Assembly (NCBI GenBank): GCA_965603825.1
Contig: CBFDEM010000027.1
Span: 434,001-498,000, forward strand
Direction: 5' to 3'
Length of the DNA stretch: 64,000 nt
From: Blepharisma stoltei ATCC 30299
Taxonomy: Eukaryota > Protista > Ciliophora
Of the stretch, positions 59,796 to 64,000 are shown one piece after another. Position numbers and translations under genes: made by a program. Numbering within the stretch: position 1 is the first letter of the stretch; every line of letters begins with the position of its first letter. A model generated the notes under the pieces. It did not search any database, was not told the DNA's origin, and was given only the letters and a program-made list of their open reading frames with translations.

Positions 59796-60606
59796 GAACT
59801 GATCAGAATTAGGAGATCTTACTTTAAAAATATCAATTTTATTAATAAAACAATTAATATAGTCCAACTCTTTTTAATTAAGCTTTCAGTTCTAAGATTG
59901 GTTAGTCATACTTTGTAGCAAGTCAAGTCTCGAGTTACAAATATAACTGATCAAAAACCTTTATTTTGCTTTTAGATATACTCTCTTTCAATTATAAAGT
60001 TTTTTAATTCAATTAGCCAAAAGAAAATAAATTTGAATATAAACGGATAATTTCATTATAAAAATGCAATTTACAATAAGTTTTCGATGTTTTTATGAAT
60101 AAACTGATTCTCGAAAAATTAAATATAATAAAATTTTTGCCTTTTATCAAAGATCAACAAAAAATAAATTTATGAAATGAATTCATTATCTCTTAAATAA
60201 TGCAAGGTAATGATAGTTAAAACATGAAATTCATGAAACTCAATCATATCGCTTTATTTTCTTTCATATTCTTAAGAATTTATTAAACGTACTCGCCATA
60301 AAACATTGCTATATTTGAGATTGCTCACCTAATGCGGCTTATTTTTATTAGTTTATAGATAAAGCTCAAAACTAAGAACAAATTGAAGTAGTGTTTAGTC
60401 ATATATAGTAATCAGAGATCAAAAATTAATGATAGTTTAAGCATAATTTTAATCTAAATTAATTCAAAAGAGAAAAAAAGAACTACTCGATTAAGATAAT
60501 GTTTTCAAAGAATTTTTGACTGCTAAATTATAAAATTTGAAAATTTTATTAATTAAAACTTCCTAAATCCTATAGTTTCCAGTTGATTAATAATACAATA
60601 CTATAA

Positions 60607-63600
60607 ATGTGAATTTGTATCAGAATTTTGCTTTCCTTAATTATTCTTACTGAAAGCTTGAAATCAATAAAAATACCAAGAACTGATACTCCTCCAAATA
60701 CAAGAAAATTTTCATCATCTACTTATGACAAAATTCATAACCGAATGATTATTTTTGCTGGCTCTTCAGACCAAAGGGAGTATTACAATGACATTTGATG
60801 CTATCAATTTAATAGCTCTGAATGATTGCAACTAAACCCAGCAACACCTATTTTTCCAGCTCCACGCATCAGCCCAGCTCTTTTTTATGATCAAAATGAA
60901 AATCGTATATTTATATTTGGGGGAAAAACCTACCTAGGTATCGCATCAGATTTTTGAAGCTTCAATTTAGATTATTTTATTGTAAGTTTTATATAGTGGG
61001 AGCAGATATCTTTAAAAGGGTCAACAATTAGCCCAACATCATTTGCCGCTTATTGTTCCTTTGTTTGAAATAATAAACATTATCATGCAATATTTGGAGG
61101 TGAATCTACTGACTCTGTGCATACTCGATTATACTTGTAATTATGATTTAGACTTGAATTTGAAAACTTGACTAGTTCGCTTATGCCAAATAATGGAAAC
61201 CCTCCTACTACAACACAAAATCAAATGGCTTTTTATAAGGATTCTATTTACATATGAGGAGGATCTGGAAATAAATTTTTATATGACACAGATCTCTATG
61301 CTTATAACTTAACTTCTCAGGAATGGAATATTATTAAAATAGATGGAAGCATTCCTTCAGGAAGAATTTTTCATTCCATCGGAGTGTATTCTATTTTTTT
61401 ATACATTTTCCCCGGGTTTAATTATAATTACGACCATGACGTAGTAGACATATGAAGAATTAATTTAAATAGTCTAAAAAACTGAGAGTTAGTAAATTAC
61501 ACCTCAAATTCTGATACAATTCCAAGAGGATCTGCTATAAGCATTTTTGTTGACTCTATGGTATATCAATTTAGTGGATCCACCATAACAAATGACTTGA
61601 TTTCTATTGATTTATCTTTATCCACCCCTCATTTTACTACAATTTCTGCTAATTGAGTTTCTCCCCCTGCAAGGATGCGGTTTTCAATGGCTTTAGTGAA
61701 TACAAATATTGTTGTTTTTGGAGGGATGGGAAATAATGGAGAGCTGTAATTTTCAATTAGATATAATGACTTATGAGTGTTTGACTTAAGAAAAGAAACT
61801 TGGAAGTCTATTGAATCTTCAGGGCTACCATCAGCAAGATCAGGGCAAGCTACAGCCCAAAGTTTATTTGGCATGGCTATATTTGGAGGTGAAAATAATA
61901 ATGGCTTGCTCAATGACTTTTATATTTTTTCACTCGCATTGCAAACATGATTTTCAATTTCTATTTCTTCTACAAATTATCCTAGTCCTAGAAAAGGAGC
62001 CTGCATGTACTTTATTGATCTCTATATCATTTTATTTGGAGGGATTACAAAATCAGGCACAGTTAATGACGTATGAATGTTCAATATATATGAATTAACT
62101 TGAACGGAATTAACACCTTATGATAGCAAAGCTCCTCCTCTTGCATGGCACCAATGCATTGTTGAAGATAAAGATGAAGGCTATAATTATTATGCCTTTT
62201 TTGGACAGCTTAGTGATGGAATGCCTAATCGATACTTATATAGATTTAATATTGCTTCTCGGGATTGGATATCTATCACTTCTTTTGGTGATGAAGTTGG
62301 CATATCTCCAAGTGAAGCGACAGCAACTCTTTTTCCAAATTATATCATCATAATTGGTGGAGAATTTGGTGATTATTATGTCTCTGATTTGATTACTGCT
62401 TTTAGTATTAAAAATTTTACAGTTGTATCTAAAGAATCAATGGGAATCCGCTTATTTGCTCATCAGTCTGTATATTTTACTGATAAACTCTACATATTTG
62501 GGGGAGGTTTGGCAATAAATACCCTGCTTACTGGAAGATTGACTTCTTCCACATTATATAAAATAAGTTTTGAAGACTCAGCTATTGAATATCCATGCAG
62601 TTTAGGATCATATAAAAATAATTCTGAGTGTGTAATATGCCAGCCTGGCAGTTATTCATCAAATTATGACTCTTCTGAATGCACAAAATGTCCTGCGGGA
62701 ATTTTTCTTAACAGATATGGAGCTCAAGCTCAATCTTTATGCATCCCATGCCTCTCTGGAAGCTATTCTGATAATCCTGGGGCAATTTTATGCAAGAATT
62801 GCCCGGCTGGGATGCATTGTGAAATTGGTAGCACGAATCCAATTCCTGAATATTTTTTATTATCTACGTCTTCAAAGCAGCCATCTTCTTATAAAGGAGG
62901 AACTGGGACTGTGAACTATTGGACGACAGTTTTTGAAATTATAATTGGTGTTTTTATTTTTCTTTTAATTTTATGCTCAATACTTAACAGACCATTTTGA
63001 AACGCAATTGCAAAAGCTGATATGTTTGATACTCAGCATAATAAAGATAATGAGCCGATGTGAAAAAGAAAGACATCAATTGGAGGATTTTTCTCAATAG
63101 TTGGCAAATTTTGAGCGTTTTTTCTAGTACTTTTGTTGGTTCTGCAAAGAATTTATGACAATATTACAGAAACAACGTCCCTGATACCTATACTTAATCT
63201 TGCACAAGAAGCAGGAACAATATCAGCAGACATATTGGTAGTGGTGACGCTATATAATTATGGAGGATCTTGTGCACAAAATGGAGCTTGTGTAAATGGA
63301 GTATCATTATCTTGAGATAATACTGTTAATGATTATACTACTTTACACTGTGAACTTATAGACAAAAATTGTTTTATTTTTTCAACTTGCAAATCCTGCA
63401 GCTTATCTTCAAGTTCATATATGAAATTGGGATTATCTGAGAGCAATAGTTATGCGAGCTATTTTTCAGTGAATGTAACTTCAGATTCTTCAATTCCAGG
63501 AGAATCAAGCTCTTATGAGACTAATATATATCCTCCCAAAGGCTATTTTTTTATTGGATCAGATCCTACTTCTGTTACTTTTATTATGACTTCTAGTGTA

Positions 63601-64000
63601 ATGTATATGTAGCTGTTTTTATCTGATTCATCAGCATGAAAAAATAATCAGACTGGATATTTAGTTTCGTTTGGAAGCACAGTGCTTGGGTCAACGAAAA
63701 CGGCTGAAATGATGACTTTTAACAGATACTTCAGCATTCTTATCAATTTCAACATCGATCTTTCAGGGTTGTTAATAGTAAGAACGATCACTATGGATTT
63801 TTTGCTTTTTTTAAGCAGTGCTTTCGGGGCAGTTAGTGGACTGTTAGGATTTGTTGGATGATCTATGGAAAATTTTGAGGGGTTTTGCGATGAAAAAAAA
63901 GAAAAACTGCAAAAAAAGAATGAAAATCGAAAACTAGTCAAAAAGGGCTCTAAGTTTGTTGCAATTTTCCAAAAGCTGTATAATTATAAAAATATTAGTA
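60607..64000 (+). CDS. Large membrane protein: signal peptide, multiple kelch repeats, GCC2/GCC3-like Cys-rich repeats, three or more TM helices (runs off window end; 4 introns)
   Basis: ATG 60607; a single frame is maintained after removing four 15-nt introns and reading TGA as Trp. Repeated PxxR...(I/V)FGG....ND.W.F.....W; CQPGSYS/CPAGIF/CLSGSYS/CPAGMHC repeats; no stop before base 64000. Confidence 0.85.
60982..60996 (+). other. 15-nt spliceosomal intron (GTAAGTTTTATATAG)
   Basis: Joins LDYFI-WEQI, restoring the kelch W. Confidence 0.88.
61137..61151 (+). other. 15-nt spliceosomal intron (GTAATTATGATTTAG)
   Basis: GT-AG, A at position 10; removes an in-frame TAA. Confidence 0.85.
61746..61760 (+). 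other. 15-nt spliceosomal intron (GTAATTTTCAATTAG)
   Basis: Joins NNGEL-YNDLW, matching the kelch consensus. Confidence 0.88.
63598..63612 (+). other. 15-nt spliceosomal intron (GTAATGTATATGTAG)
   Basis: Joins MTSS-LFLSD; removes an in-frame TAG. Confidence 0.85.

Noticed and set aside
59800-60600. Long AT-rich gaps (also 54900-55490) as possible IES, transposon or ncRNA
   Set aside because: I found no terminal inverted repeats, telomeric repeats, substantial ORF or recognisable RNA motif.
1-64000. Many genes appear broken by premature stops, suggesting pseudogenes
   Set aside because: The breaks are TGA at conserved Trp sites, or stops inside 15-nt GT-AG introns; reading frames are preserved.

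Overview
Gene-dense, AT-rich eukaryotic DNA with the hallmarks of a heterotrich ciliate macronuclear genome, most consistent with Blepharisma (inferred, not verified). TGA is read as Trp: it falls at invariant Trp positions in VPS13, NEK, DHHC, PIG-M, NAP1 and carnosine methyltransferase motifs. Only TAA and TAG terminate genes. Spliceosomal introns are 15 nt long (GTA......A..YAG). The standard-code ORF track therefore fragments or misses many genes. Re-reading gives about 40 protein genes and one tRNA-Gln(CTG). The most notable element is an 86-codon minus-strand gene (45597-45857) absent from the ORF track. It encodes a SelW/Rdx-type C-G-S-[TGA]-G-Y motif followed by a well-formed SECIS hairpin, which implies that UGA is decoded as selenocysteine here and as tryptophan in neighbouring genes. 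Other points of interest: a Cu/Zn-SOD-fold pseudoenzyme, a CDF transporter with a degenerate metal site, a VPS13 with an extra internal PH-like domain, a kelch/Cys-rich/two-TM receptor-like chimera, gene-specific TGA versus TGG bias, and 7-35 nt spacers between tandem genes. All translations and counts were done by hand.
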